A stretch of 64,000 nt of DNA from Calditrichia bacterium (GCA_963796965.1 CAWCNS010000005.1:64001-128000); one strand, 5' to 3'. Numbered from the stretch's first letter, positions 42,101 through 51,893 are shown. A program made the numbers and translations. Notes: generated from the letters alone by a model not told the origin.

Positions 42101-42232
42101 AGCACGCCACTCACTCTTTTTTTAATGCCCATTGTATATATTATGCTTGATGATCTTATTTCATGGATATCAAAAATTATTAATACGGCAAAGCGGATCA
42201 GATTAACGAACCTACAGAAAAGTGAAATTTAG
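39110..42232 (+). CDS. RND efflux permease (AcrB/MdtB-like), subunit 1
   Basis: 1040 aa; GMLVDPAVVVLENI, GLVVNNGIILID and RLRPILMT motifs. Confidence 0.93.
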   Translation: MNISEFSVNKPISMLMLILSIIVLGFLALERLPLAFLPNFSSDDVDINIPYISSSPEEVERLITRPIEEIMSTLPHLENISSSSSAEGSRIEVEFVDGIDMGMAAVGVRDRLDRVWPQLPDDVDRIFIRRWSSTDIPVLRFSIAWEGSLDELHDIINKILVPRIQRIEGVANIDLGGIDERHVLVELDFERMRAHHIDVYDLSRSLRVNNVNIAGGWIIEAGRKHTVRTMGEFQSVEEIAQVPIQGTQLVLGDIANVKFGYPEKTRFQRLNRNDAIVVDVFKSSTANVVEVATNVKSLLKELQGESNLSNLNMHIVRDQSEEILTSLKNLAYAGIFGAVLATLVLFIFLRKVRSTIIISFAIPISIIATAFLMYILRLAPFNSQITLNIVSLSGLMFAVGMLVDPAVVVLENIFRHKQEEGLSARMAAIVGSREVSVAVVSATLTTVIVFVPLVFLSESSMGRWSRDFGIAIVTATLASLVISLTLIPLAASRIFTGKERPQAGFLIRMGDSYGETLKKVIKYRFAALLVFMAISWGAWELYESIDRDWQPRIPERRFDLAMDLPRTYDVTQIEALYDTLETILLDQKESLEISQVSSRYMKHRGHYHANLTIYFTPEEEAKKETTDLYNDVRAVLPPIPGVQYRVGEMRGRGGRQMGVRVQLKGKNTAILANYAEEIKNLLRDIPGVKDIDTSLEQGEEEMRITVDRVRAQKYGLSAQQVARSINSALSSRSNSRFKTEDKEVNILVQLSEEDRVNLNQLENMAIRSNSGEMVQIGSVVDFDLQKGPDAIRREDRQTTITVFANTERAGLRNVSEEITKKMASVKLPPGYGWGLGRNWMLMREMETESNFAIILALILVYIVMASLFESFIHPFTILLTVPFAVIGVLFMFWATNTNLTNMAYLGIIVVCGLVVNNGIILIDAINKFRRKGMPREEAIRLGGRNRLRPILMTTLTTIIGLMPLALPAMFPAFFGPQEGRSAMYTPVGLAVVGGLLTSTPLTLFLMPIVYIMLDDLISWISKIINTAKRIRLTNLQKSEI

Positions 42233-42348
42233 TATCATAAATTTTTTTAATAAAAATTATTCTGAAGAGCCAAAGGTCGTCTAATCCCAAAGGCCTGAAG
42301 GACCCAGTGGCCATTTTAAATACTATAGGAAATGAATAGGTGTAATAA

Positions 42349-45300
42349 ATGAAGATTGTAAAATTCTCAATTAATCGTCCGGTAACAGTAACTATGTTTA
42401 TGGTGGCAGCAGTAGTGTTTGGGTATGTCGCTTTTGACCGATTACCCATAAATCTTCTCCCAGACATCTCATATCCCACATTAACAATCCGTACGGAATA
42501 TGAGGGTACGGCGCCAGGTGAAGTTGAAAATCTCATCTCGAAACCTGTTGAAGAAGCCGTTGGGATTATTTCTGGCGTCATTCGTACCAGTTCCATATCA
42601 CGCCCTGGAATTTCAGATGTTGTTATGGAATTCGACTGGGATACCAATATGGATTTTGCCTCATTGGAGGTACGAGAAAAATTGGATATGCTTACGCTTC
42701 CCTTGGGTGCAGAGCCGCCTTTATTACTCCGTTTTGATCCTTCATTGGATCCGATCCTACGCATCGCTCTGGCCGGTGACGAAAGTCTTATTGCCTTAAG
42801 ACTTTTCGCTGAGGAGCGTATTAAGCAGGAACTTGAACCATTAGATGGTGTTGCATCTGTTCAGATCTCTGGTGGCCTGGAAGAGGAAATCCAGATAAAT
42901 ATCAATGAGGGGCGGTTAGCTGCATTAGGAATCTCAATAACCCAGATTACACAGCGAATGGCCCAGGAAAATGTAAATCTTACCGGCGGCATGCTTAAAG
43001 ATGGTGAATCGGAGTATTTGGTCAGAACGTTGAATGAATTCAAAAACCCTGATGAGATGCATGATATTATTGTTGGTATGAATGGGCAAGCACCTATCCA
43101 ATTAAAAGATGTTGCTGACATTCATAAAGGGCATAAAGATCGCAATATTATCACCCACCTTAATAGAAAAGAGGCAGTGGAAATCGCTGTCTATAAGGAA
43201 GCAGATAAAAATACAGTTACTGTTGCACAAACGGTAAAAAATCGTTTAAGACAAGTTATGGAGGAGTTTCAAGAATATAATGTGCCTCTTAACATGACAG
43301 TGGTGAATGACCAGTCTCTTTTTATAGAAAATTCAGTTGATGAAGTATTAAATACGGCCGTATGGGGTGGGATTTTAGCTATTCTGGTTCTTTATTTGTT
43401 TCTTCGGAAAATGAAAAGCACTGTGATAATAAGTTTGACCATACCAATCTCTATTGTTGTAACATTTTTTTTCATGTATTTGTCTAAAGTATCACTAAAT
43501 ATTATGTCTTTGGGAGGATTGGCTTTAGGGGTCGGTATGTTGGTTGATAATGCCATTGTTGTACTTGAATCCATTGACCGATACCGCAGAGGTGATATGT
43601 CACAACAGGAAGCCGCCGACAGAGGAACAACAGAAGTCGGACAAGCTGTTATTGCATCAACATTAACTACTGTATGTGTATTTATACCAATTATTTTTGT
43701 TGAGGGTATCGCTGGTCAACTATTCAATGATCAGGCCCTTACCGTAACATTCTCCTTGATGGCCTCATTAATAGTCGCCTTAACATTAATTCCCATGTTA
43801 TCTTCACGGCAATTACAAGTCGCATCGTCCCGTGAAGTGATCTCCCTGGTCCCTGAGAAGAAAAATAAATTTGAGAAAATTAGAAGTAACGTTTTTGTGC
43901 AAGCACCCGCATCTCTTCTTAATTTTATCGGATTAATTATAACAAAAATCGCTGCTTTCTTAAATCAGATATTAGGTCCTATTTATAGGGCCTTCGATTT
44001 ATCTATGAATCGTCTGACCGAATTTTATCCTAAACTTATTACCTCCATCTTGCAGCATAGATTAATACTATTGACTTCAACTTTAGTTCTATTCATAGTA
44101 TCGGTGTATAGTGTCAGGATTATTGGTACGGAGCTCATTCCAGAGATGAGTCAGGGAGAATTCTTCGTTGATGTTCTTTTACCTATCGGTACCCCTCTTG
44201 AGGAGACTGAGAAAGTGATTTCTGAAATGGCGAATTTGGCGAATGGGGTACCTGGTATCAGAACCGTTTATTCTGTCTCCGGTACTGCTGCTCAAATGGG
44301 CTTTAGTGCTACAGAATTGAGGGAAAATCTTGGCCAGTTACATATTCAATTGGATAACCCAGATGATCGTCAGGGAGAACAACAAATAATGGATCGGTTG
44401 CGAGAGGGATTTGCTGCCTTCCCTGGTATGGAGTATAAGATCTCACGACCAACATTATTTAGTTTTCGAACCCCCATCGAAGTAGAAGTGAGAGGTTATA
44501 ATTTGCAGGAATTGGAGCGGCTCAGTATGAATCTCGCTCAGGAGATGCGTAATATAGAGGGGCTGCGGGATGTTAAGGCCAGCACTGAGGGTGGCAATCC
44601 GGAGGTACAGATCGTTTTCAACCGCCGTCGCCTGGCCCATGCAGGCTTGGATGTGGCCACTATTGGTAATATTATTAGAAACAAAGTAATGGGAGATGTC
44701 TCCACCGAGTTAAACCGGCAAGACCGAAAAGTGGATATTCGTGTACGTGCACGGGAAGAAGATCGCAACAATGTTGATGCTTTGCGGAGGTTAGTAATAG
44801 ATACGGGTGGTCCGGTTCCGATAACATTGTCTGCAGTAGCCGATATTAAACTTGAACGTGGTCCCAGCGAAATTAGACGCATTGATCAGGAACGTGTGGC
44901 CCTGGTAACGGCCAATCTAAAAGGACGTGATCTGGGCAGTGTTTCTCAAGATATACAACAGATAATCGATAAGACCCCACTTCCACCAGATTTCCGTATT
45001 CGTACCGGGGGACAGCAGCGCGAGATGGTCACATCATTTGATAGTATGATTCTGGCGATTGCTTTGGCGATATTCCTTGTATACCTGGTAATGGCATCGC
45101 AGTTTGAATCACTGGTGCAACCCTTTATTATTATGTTTACCATTCCCTTTGCTTTAATTGGGGTAATTTTAACTTTGTTATTAACAGGGACACCCATAAG
45201 CGTCGTTGTTCTAATTGGATTAATCATGTTGGCTGGAATTGTTGTAAATAATGCGATTGTATTAATTGATTATATTAATCAGTTACGTAAAGGCGGCCTG

Positions 45301-45537
45301 CCCAAACGAGAGGCCATTAAGCAAGCCGGACAGGTGCGTCTCCGTCCCATTCTTATGACAACTATTACAACCGTCCTTGGTTTATTACCGATGGCATTAG
45401 GGTTTGGCGAAGGGGCAGAATTACGCACCCCTATGGCTGTTACTGTAATCGGAGGACTGCTTGTGGGAACACTTTTGACCCTGGTTGTAATCCCAACGGT
45501 TTATGATGTTTTGGTTAGAGAGAAAGTCACAGCCTAA
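42349..45537 (+). CDS. RND efflux permease (AcrB/MdtC-like), subunit 2
   Basis: 1062 aa; GMLVDNAIVVLE, GIVVNNAIVLID and RLRPILMT motifs. Confidence 0.93.
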   Translation: MKIVKFSINRPVTVTMFMVAAVVFGYVAFDRLPINLLPDISYPTLTIRTEYEGTAPGEVENLISKPVEEAVGIISGVIRTSSISRPGISDVVMEFDWDTNMDFASLEVREKLDMLTLPLGAEPPLLLRFDPSLDPILRIALAGDESLIALRLFAEERIKQELEPLDGVASVQISGGLEEEIQININEGRLAALGISITQITQRMAQENVNLTGGMLKDGESEYLVRTLNEFKNPDEMHDIIVGMNGQAPIQLKDVADIHKGHKDRNIITHLNRKEAVEIAVYKEADKNTVTVAQTVKNRLRQVMEEFQEYNVPLNMTVVNDQSLFIENSVDEVLNTAVWGGILAILVLYLFLRKMKSTVIISLTIPISIVVTFFFMYLSKVSLNIMSLGGLALGVGMLVDNAIVVLESIDRYRRGDMSQQEAADRGTTEVGQAVIASTLTTVCVFIPIIFVEGIAGQLFNDQALTVTFSLMASLIVALTLIPMLSSRQLQVASSREVISLVPEKKNKFEKIRSNVFVQAPASLLNFIGLIITKIAAFLNQILGPIYRAFDLSMNRLTEFYPKLITSILQHRLILLTSTLVLFIVSVYSVRIIGTELIPEMSQGEFFVDVLLPIGTPLEETEKVISEMANLANGVPGIRTVYSVSGTAAQMGFSATELRENLGQLHIQLDNPDDRQGEQQIMDRLREGFAAFPGMEYKISRPTLFSFRTPIEVEVRGYNLQELERLSMNLAQEMRNIEGLRDVKASTEGGNPEVQIVFNRRRLAHAGLDVATIGNIIRNKVMGDVSTELNRQDRKVDIRVRAREEDRNNVDALRRLVIDTGGPVPITLSAVADIKLERGPSEIRRIDQERVALVTANLKGRDLGSVSQDIQQIIDKTPLPPDFRIRTGGQQREMVTSFDSMILAIALAIFLVYLVMASQFESLVQPFIIMFTIPFALIGVILTLLLTGTPISVVVLIGLIMLAGIVVNNAIVLIDYINQLRKGGLPKREAIKQAGQVRLRPILMTTITTVLGLLPMALGFGEGAELRTPMAVTVIGGLLVGTLLTLVVIPTVYDVLVREKVTA

Positions 45538-45539
45538 AG

Positions 45540-45612
45540 GTCATCCTGTATGGATCTTTCTTCTTACTTGCAGAAAGTGTACTTTAAAGTAGGAAGATCC
45601 CTTCGGGATGAC
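45540..45612. repeat. GTCATCC...GGATGAC REP-like element
   Basis: Terminal inverted repeat GTCATCC/GGATGAC with inner GGATCTT/AAGATCC; a related copy lies at 63258-63328. Confidence 0.7.
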
Positions 45613-45685
45613 AAACAAATTTATATTTATTTTGTGTAAATCTTCTTGTTTCTTCGTGGTAAAGGGTTAGTCAATTGAGCGAAGG

Positions 45686-46087
45686 TCAAAAGTATCTTGC
45701 CAACTCCAATCTCAAGTGTGTATCATTGCGGAATATATAAAAATTGTTGGTGTCGGTAACTTTACCGAATCCGCGTAATTCGAAATTTAACTTCCAATAA
45801 TTACCAAGACGGCGACTTGCTTCGATAGTTAGAAACATGCTACCATTTTTTGAATTAACGATTCAGCCCTCCATCCCAACCAACATACATTTCTGGCTTG
45901 AGAACCAAAGAGAAACCGGTACCTGCTTGTTGTTCATCAATCGGTTCTTGAGGAAAAACCGCATTTCAGTTGATGCAAAGCCTGAGATCTCCTGACTAAC
46001 TGATGTTGATGAATAAAGCAAGAAAGCAAATAGTGCTATCCCAATATTATCGACATCTATCCAACAACTATAAACCTCATCTGGCAC
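45686..46087 (-). pseudogene. Internally deleted outer-membrane protein gene
   Basis: Signal-like N-terminus (...SQEISGFASTEMRFF) joined almost directly to a beta-barrel-like C-terminus (MFLTIEASRRLGNYWKLNFELRGF...HLRLELARYF*). Confidence 0.6.
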
Positions 46088-46249
46088 GTTTTAAACTGTT
46101 TTGATTGAAATCACTCTCGGTCAAACCAGTTGAAAATTCTAGGTAACAAAATACTTAAATCACTTTTAAAATAAATGAAACTTGTATTCCTGGCTGTTTT
46201 TACATTATTTTAGGAGACTTAAATTTTTGTTGATAAATGGAGGTAGGGG

Positions 46250-47278
46250 ATGACTGCAATTAAACGTGTAAGACCACTGGGTTTTACCTGGGAGACCAAT
46301 GATCCGTTTCTTTTTAGTGTGCATCATTTGGATACCTATCCAAAAGGAAATGATGAAATGGGGCCGGTGGCTTCCTTGTCCGGACGGAATATGGGGCAGG
46401 ATTTTGAACCGAAGGATGGTTGGCGCATGTATCATGGGATGACCGTTCCAGGTTTCCCCATGCATCCCCATCGTGGTTTTGAAACGGTAACTGTCGTTCT
46501 GGAAGGATTTGTTGATCACTCTGATTCGCATGGTGCGTCTGGACGTTATGGAAATGGTGATGTGCAATGGATGACGGCCGGTTCAGGATTGCAGCATGCG
46601 GAGATGTTTCCATTGCTTAACAAAGAAGGGGACAATTCTCTCCATCTTTTTCAGATCTGGTTGAATCTACCCAAAGCTAAAAAATTTGCTGAACCCCATT
46701 ATAAAATGCTATGGTCAGATATGATTCCAAGAATTGATGCAATGGATACTCGGGGCAAGAAAACGGAAATTATTCTAATTGCCGGTCAGATCGCAGATGC
46801 ACAAGCACCGTCGCCAGCCCCCGATTCATGGGCTGCAGATCCTGAGAATGAGGTTGGGATTTGGATTATAAAAATGGCTCCCAAGGCTCAATGGATATTG
46901 CCGGCAGCCAGCCAACCCTTGAACAGAACGCTTTATTTTTATGAAGGATCCTCTGTAAAAGTTGCGGGGAGTGATATTAGTGCAAATAATGCTATTGATT
47001 TATTGGTTGATCAGGATCTGATATTAGAAAACGGGGAAAAAGAAGCAGAGTTTCTTGTATTACAAGGTAGGCCAATTGATGAACCGGTGGCTCAATATGG
47101 ACCGTTTGTAATGAATACACAGGGTGAGATCCGTAATGCCTTTGAGGATTATCGTAAAAGTCAATTTGGCGGCTGGCCCTGGGATAAATCTGACCCCGTT
47201 CACGGTCCTTCCAAAAGAAGGTTTGCCAGATATTCGGATGGAAAAGAGGAAACAAGATCGGCTGGTTCTGATTTTTAG
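46250..47278 (+). CDS. Pirin-family protein
   Basis: GFPMHPHRGFETVT, GDVQWMTAGSGLQHAE, QIWLNLP and YGPFVMN motifs. Confidence 0.93.
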   Translation: MTAIKRVRPLGFTWETNDPFLFSVHHLDTYPKGNDEMGPVASLSGRNMGQDFEPKDGWRMYHGMTVPGFPMHPHRGFETVTVVLEGFVDHSDSHGASGRYGNGDVQWMTAGSGLQHAEMFPLLNKEGDNSLHLFQIWLNLPKAKKFAEPHYKMLWSDMIPRIDAMDTRGKKTEIILIAGQIADAQAPSPAPDSWAADPENEVGIWIIKMAPKAQWILPAASQPLNRTLYFYEGSSVKVAGSDISANNAIDLLVDQDLILENGEKEAEFLVLQGRPIDEPVAQYGPFVMNTQGEIRNAFEDYRKSQFGGWPWDKSDPVHGPSKRRFARYSDGKEETRSAGSDF

Positions 47279-47301
47279 AGCCAGCCTTATTTTTATTCAT
47301 T

Positions 47302-47799
47302 CTACCAGAACATTGTCCCCGCCTCGCCTTTGAAGGGTCCAACAATATTGTTGGTTATCCAACCACCGTAAAATCCACCTGGTTGGGATTTGGCCTTTTC
47401 TCCATTTACAAGACAAGCATCCATTGGCTCAGGGTAAAAGGCAAGATAATTTTTTATTTCAGCAAATGCGGGATAAGGATTAGGGTAATACCAGGCAACT
47501 TTTCTGATTCTTTTTCCTTTAATATCTATAGAAAAGTAATGAGCCAAACCCTTCCATTCGCAAAGAGTATGTCCTTTATCATCTAACAGATATTTCATTT
47601 GTATATCATCAGGTGGAATATAATAAACAGGGGGGTGACTGCTCTCCAAGACCCGGTATGTACTCGTGGAGTCGGCTATCAGAACTTTATTAAAGATTAT
47701 TTTAATTTGTGCGTTCGTCTTTTCCAGCCGTGGCGGGCGCGGGTAATCCCATACAGACTCCTGGCCTGGCTTGGGTTCTATTCGTTTTTGGATATTCAA
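47302..47799 (-). CDS. DUF427 domain protein
   Basis: ESVWDYPRPP, LESSHPPVYYIP, CEWKG and GFYGGWIT motifs. Confidence 0.9.
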   Translation of the reverse strand: MNIQKRIEPKPGQESVWDYPRPPRLEKTNAQIKIIFNKVLIADSTSTYRVLESSHPPVYYIPPDDIQMKYLLDDKGHTLCEWKGLAHYFSIDIKGKRIRKVAWYYPNPYPAFAEIKNYLAFYPEPMDACLVNGEKAKSQPGGFYGGWITNNIVGPFKGEAGTMFW

Positions 47800-47932
47800 T
47801 TATTACCTCAGATATAATTACTAGTCTATAAAAGGTAACATTGAAAATTTTCAGAACATTCCAATTTTATTAGAAGCGATCCAAATTGTATTACAATATA
47901 ATTTTCTGGTCACACTACCAGGAAGGTATCAC

Positions 47933-48848
47933 CTAATCAAACAATTCATCAACGGAAAGATATCTTTCACCCGTATCATAGCAAAAAGTCAGTATTGTGG
48001 AACCAGATGGAATATCCTGGATTTTTTTGGCTACAGCGGCTAAAGAGGCGCCTGTAGATATCCCGACAAGGATACCTTCCTCTTTTGCACAACGGGAAGC
48101 AAAACTAAACGCTTCATCCTTTCCAACCTGTATACTCCCGTCGAGTAAGTCTGTTTTTAAATTCTTGGGGATAAATCCGGCACCGATCCCCTGAAGTGGA
48201 TGTGGGCCTGGATTGCCACCGCTAATCACGGGAGAAAGTTCAGGTTCAACAGCAAGCACTTTTAGTTGATTGAATTCAGCCTTCAGAATTTCCGCACAAC
48301 CAGAAATATGTCCTCCTGTTCCGACACCGGTTATCAGATAATCCAAGCCATCGGGAAAGTCAGCAAGAATCTCTTTTGCTGTGAATCGTCTATGAGCTTC
48401 GATATTGGCATCATTGTCAAACTGCATGGGCATCCATGAGTTTGGTGTCTCTGCGGCCAGTTCATTTGCCCGTTCAATGGCCCCATTCATACCCTTTCTC
48501 CCGCGGTGTTAATTCAAACTGAGCGCCATAGGCAGACATAAGGCGACGACGCTCGATGGACATGGATTCCGGCATGACCAGGATAAGTTTATAGTTTTTT
48601 ACGGCGGCAACCATGGCAAGACCAACACCTGTATTACCTGAGGTTGGCTCTATGATTACGCTGTCTTTGTTTAACAATCCCTTCTCTTCCGCATCTTCAA
48701 TCATGGTTAAGGCTATGCGGTCCTTGATGCTGCCACCGGGATTCTTTCGCTCTAACTTCATCCAGACATTGGCTTTTTCGCCAAATAACTTGTTCAATTT
48801 TATATGTGGTGTATTTCCGATGTCCTGCAAAATATTATTTATATTCAT
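47933..48848 (-). CDS. cysK: Cysteine synthase A (one extra G near 48492 splits the ORF)
   Basis: NPGGSIKDR (PLP lysine), [14 protein letters not shown] and QGIGAGFIP; the halves join as REKGMNGAI. Confidence 0.93.
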
Positions 48849-48860
48849 TATGTCCCCTCA

Positions 48861-49700
48861 TTATATACTGAAGTTGATTGGTTCTGAACCTGTGTTTTTT
48901 GTTCGCACATTGGTTTCACTTTTTTGATAAACGATTGAAAAAGGTGCAACGCTTTTAGTTAGCCAAACATTTCCCCCTATAATGCTATCGTGTCCAATAA
49001 CTGTATCTCCTCCCAGAATAGTAGCATTTGAATATATAATAACATTATCTTCAATTGTCGGGTGTCGTTTGTTCTCTCGCTTATCTTTCGACACACTTAA
49101 AGCGCCAAGTGTTACACCCTGATACACTTTGACATTATCTCCGATAAGTGTTGTTTCACCTACTACCACACCTGTACCATGATCAATAAAAAATGATTTA
49201 CCAATAGTGGCACCCGGATGAATATCAATTCCGGTCCGAAAATGCGCATACTCGGTCAAGAGTCTGGGAAAAATCGGGATTCCCAATTTATAAAATTCAT
49301 GGGCTATACGATAGGTATAGATGGCAAAGAATCCTGGATAAGCTGAGATCACCTCATCAACACTCTCCGACGCTGGATCCCCTTCATGTATGGCTATAGC
49401 ATCCAAACTTAGATTTTTATAAATATCAGGAATTTGTTCGAAAAAATAATCTGTTAAGGTGTCTAACTTTTCTGATTCTGCCGATTCCTGCAAATAAAGA
49501 ATCTTTTTTAAATCTCTTTGAAGCAGGTCAAATTTTCCCTGAATTTCGGGAGCAGCAAAGTACTCATACTCGCCATAGAAATGTGGAAATAATAGTTCAA
49601 TCAAGTCATCCGCGAATTTTTCCACCTTTGGTTTTGGTGGAAAAACAGTTGCATGAGAATGTCTTATTTCTAATAATTGTTCAGCAAATTTTTTATCCAT
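48861..49700 (-). CDS. cysE: Serine O-acetyltransferase
   Basis: GDPA, YPG, TGIDIHPGA, FFIDHGTGVVVGET and KRHPTI motifs; GGGGAG RBS before the ATG at 49700. Confidence 0.92.
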   Translation of the reverse strand: MDKKFAEQLLEIRHSHATVFPPKPKVEKFADDLIELLFPHFYGEYEYFAAPEIQGKFDLLQRDLKKILYLQESAESEKLDTLTDYFFEQIPDIYKNLSLDAIAIHEGDPASESVDEVISAYPGFFAIYTYRIAHEFYKLGIPIFPRLLTEYAHFRTGIDIHPGATIGKSFFIDHGTGVVVGETTLIGDNVKVYQGVTLGALSVSKDKRENKRHPTIEDNVIIYSNATILGGDTVIGHDSIIGGNVWLTKSVAPFSIVYQKSETNVRTKNTGSEPINFSI

Positions 49701-49712
49701 AGGATTCTCCCC

Positions 49713-49746
49713 AAAAAAATCCGCTACCTGGAACAGGAGCAGATTT
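49713..49746 (-). terminator. Attenuator terminator in the cysE leader
   Basis: AAATCTGCTCCTG-TTC-CAGGTAGCGGATTTTTTT just before the cysE RBS. Confidence 0.8.
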
Positions 49747-49786
49747 ACAATATCTAGTTTTGCCAATAAATTTCCGACTTTATGTA

Positions 49787-49867
49787 TCAGGTAAACGACG
49801 GCCTGAGACAACAACAATACATACTCAAATTTGGTAGGATGAGAGTTTTATGTTGGAATGCGATCAT
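49787..49867 (-). CDS. 26-aa cysteine-rich leader peptide
   Basis: MIAFQHKTLILPNLSMYCCCLRPSFT*; TGT TGT TGT lies upstream of cysE-cysK. Confidence 0.8.
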   Translation of the reverse strand: MIAFQHKTLILPNLSMYCCCLRPSFT

Positions 49868-49903
49868 TTCTTGATTTTAAAGAGTTGGTCTCAATCTGCT
49901 GGA

Positions 49904-49932
49904 AATTTAATACGGACAATTTCTGATGTCAA
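49904..49932 (-). promoter_or_regulatory. Sigma70 promoter of leader-cysE-cysK
   Basis: TTGACA-17 bp-TAAATT. Confidence 0.7.
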
Positions 49933-50018
49933 ACATGAGCCCTTTCAGGGTCTATTCTTGTATCTATATCATAACATCCTTAGGTTTATAATATTAGTCA
50001 TAATGTAGCGGGAGTATT

Positions 50019-51311
50019 ATGTCCACAAATTATTATTGTATCAGTGACCTTCATATAGGTGGCGACGAAGCACTTGGTGTTTGCGATTTTGAAGCGGAAT
50101 TAATTGGATTTATGGAGGAGATTAAAAAGCGTGAAAATAAGGCAGAACTCATCATCGTTGGTGATGCCTTTGGTTTATGGGAGTTTACTCAGGTTGAGGG
50201 TTTGGAAAAACTCAATAAATTAATAGAGCAATTCCCCCGTATTTTCGAAGTTTTTCGCAAGACCGGGGATCATATAAAGATTACACTTCTTCCTGGCAAC
50301 CATGATTATGAGATCGCTTGTTACCCTGAATTTGTTGAAATTTTTAAAGCTTATAACATTTCACTCGAGAGAACTCCTGCTATCTTGCGTGATCTTGGAA
50401 GCAAAAAGATTTGGATAGAGCATGGAAATCAGCATGATGCAGCCAACCGGATGCCGGATTATGGCAATCCTTATGCGATGCCAATTGGCTATTTTATTAC
50501 GAGTAATATGGTTGGTACTGCCGGACAGCTCTCGGAAAAAGGTCGTCATAACTGGTTAAAGGATATCCAATCGGTCTATCCAACTGAGCTGGTACCAGAC
50601 TGGGTATTATCAAACTATTTTTACAAGGAAATGAGCCCATTGTTACGCTGGTTGGCACTTCCTTTTCTTCTACTATCAGGATTGACGATGTTTGTGTTAG
50701 GTGGTGCCGCTCTCGAATATTTTAATATGACCGGTTCTAATATTTTTCTGGATAATAAGATCTTTAATTCTATGGGAATTGTTGGTAGCCTCTTCCAGAA
50801 TATCCTGACTATAAATGCAGTGTTATTTCTTATTTTTCTCGTTTTATCAATTCCACTATTTTTTATATTTAGAGATTTGAAAAAGACGTTGAAACGATTT
50901 GGTATTGAATTAGATCCGGCAGAATTAACCGGAGAAAAAGAGGATCTATATCTTAAAGCTGCACAACAGGTGTTTGACGATCATATGGATGTGGTAGCAT
51001 TTATCTACGGTCATACACATGTACCCTCTCTCAGACGGGAGGGAGAGCAGGTTGTAATAAACACTGGGACATGGTTAAAGAAATTTGAGCGAATTGCCCC
51101 CCGTTTTGGATTCCTGCCAGCCATATATGTTCCTTCTTTTTGTCTGAACTATTTCAAGTTAGGTACCAATGATGGAAATATTGAAATTGAGTATCACAAG
51201 ATAAATAAATCAGCCCCTGAGGACCTAACATTTGTGCAGCGGATGTTGGTCTCGCGAAAACACAGAAAAAAAATGACAGAAATAGCAAAGAGTACTGTGC
51301 TGAAAGTATAA
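50019..51311 (+). CDS. Metallophosphoesterase with inserted TM hairpin
   Basis: SDLH, VGDAF, PGNHD, EHG and YGHTH motifs; two hydrophobic helices mid-protein. Confidence 0.85.
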   Translation: MSTNYYCISDLHIGGDEALGVCDFEAELIGFMEEIKKRENKAELIIVGDAFGLWEFTQVEGLEKLNKLIEQFPRIFEVFRKTGDHIKITLLPGNHDYEIACYPEFVEIFKAYNISLERTPAILRDLGSKKIWIEHGNQHDAANRMPDYGNPYAMPIGYFITSNMVGTAGQLSEKGRHNWLKDIQSVYPTELVPDWVLSNYFYKEMSPLLRWLALPFLLLSGLTMFVLGGAALEYFNMTGSNIFLDNKIFNSMGIVGSLFQNILTINAVLFLIFLVLSIPLFFIFRDLKKTLKRFGIELDPAELTGEKEDLYLKAAQQVFDDHMDVVAFIYGHTHVPSLRREGEQVVINTGTWLKKFERIAPRFGFLPAIYVPSFCLNYFKLGTNDGNIEIEYHKINKSAPEDLTFVQRMLVSRKHRKKMTEIAKSTVLKV

Positions 51312-51491
51312 CCTTGAATAGTCCTTGTTGATTTCTGGGAAACCTCGAGAATGTCTTTATATCACGAAGAGCCACAAAGGCATAAAGAAGAGCACGAAAT
51401 ATATTTACCTGATTAAAAATCCTACTTGTTCAAGATGTATCCTAATTTATAACAATCCTCATAATGAGGCCTAATTGAGGAATTGGACCCC

Positions 51492-51538
51492 TTGATTTAA
51501 CTTCGGATTATTCTTACATTTCGCCATATAACGAAATG
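51492..51538 (+). promoter_or_regulatory. ars promoter with overlapping ArsR-type operator
   Basis: TTGATT-17-TACATT (51492-51520); inverted repeat CATTTCG-N8-CGAAATG (51517-51538). Confidence 0.7.
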
Positions 51539-51539
51539 A

Positions 51540-51893
51540 ATGAATAGAATGAGAAAATTAACTAAAATTTTTCAGGCCTTATCAGACACAAATCGTATTC
51601 GGATATTAAAAATGTTGGAGGTGCGACCGCTTTGTGTCTGTGAAATTACAGAAGTACTACAACTGGCAAATTCGACCGTCTCAAAACACTTATCTATCCT
51701 GCGTGAGGCGGAATTTATTTTGGATGAAAAAGAAGGTAAATGGGTAAATTATTACCTGAATGACTCAAAAGAAAATGAATTCACAACAAAATTATTACCT
51801 CTCATTGCCGATTGGATGCCTGACGATAAACGCATCTCCGAAGACCGAAAAAAGGTGAACACCGTTGATCGAAATATCATATGTGGTGGTTAG
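51540..51893 (+). CDS. arsR: ArsR-family transcriptional repressor
   Basis: FQALSDTNRIRI, LCVCEI, VSKHL and GKWVNY motifs. Confidence 0.92.
   Translation: MNRMRKLTKIFQALSDTNRIRILKMLEVRPLCVCEITEVLQLANSTVSKHLSILREAEFILDEKEGKWVNYYLNDSKENEFTTKLLPLIADWMPDDKRISEDRKKVNTVDRNIICGG

Noticed and set aside
48474..48500. Programmed frameshift in cysK or acr3
   Set aside because: No clear slippery heptamer with stimulatory structure, and similar indels occur throughout the window.
49701..49817. N-terminal extension of CysE in the ORF track
   Set aside because: It runs through the terminator and leader; the RBS supports the ATG at 49700.
49713..49900. T-box or SAM riboswitch upstream of cysE
   Set aside because: No T-box (TGGNACCGCG) or SAM-I (ATCAAGAG...GCAACC) consensus seen; the leader peptide explains the region.
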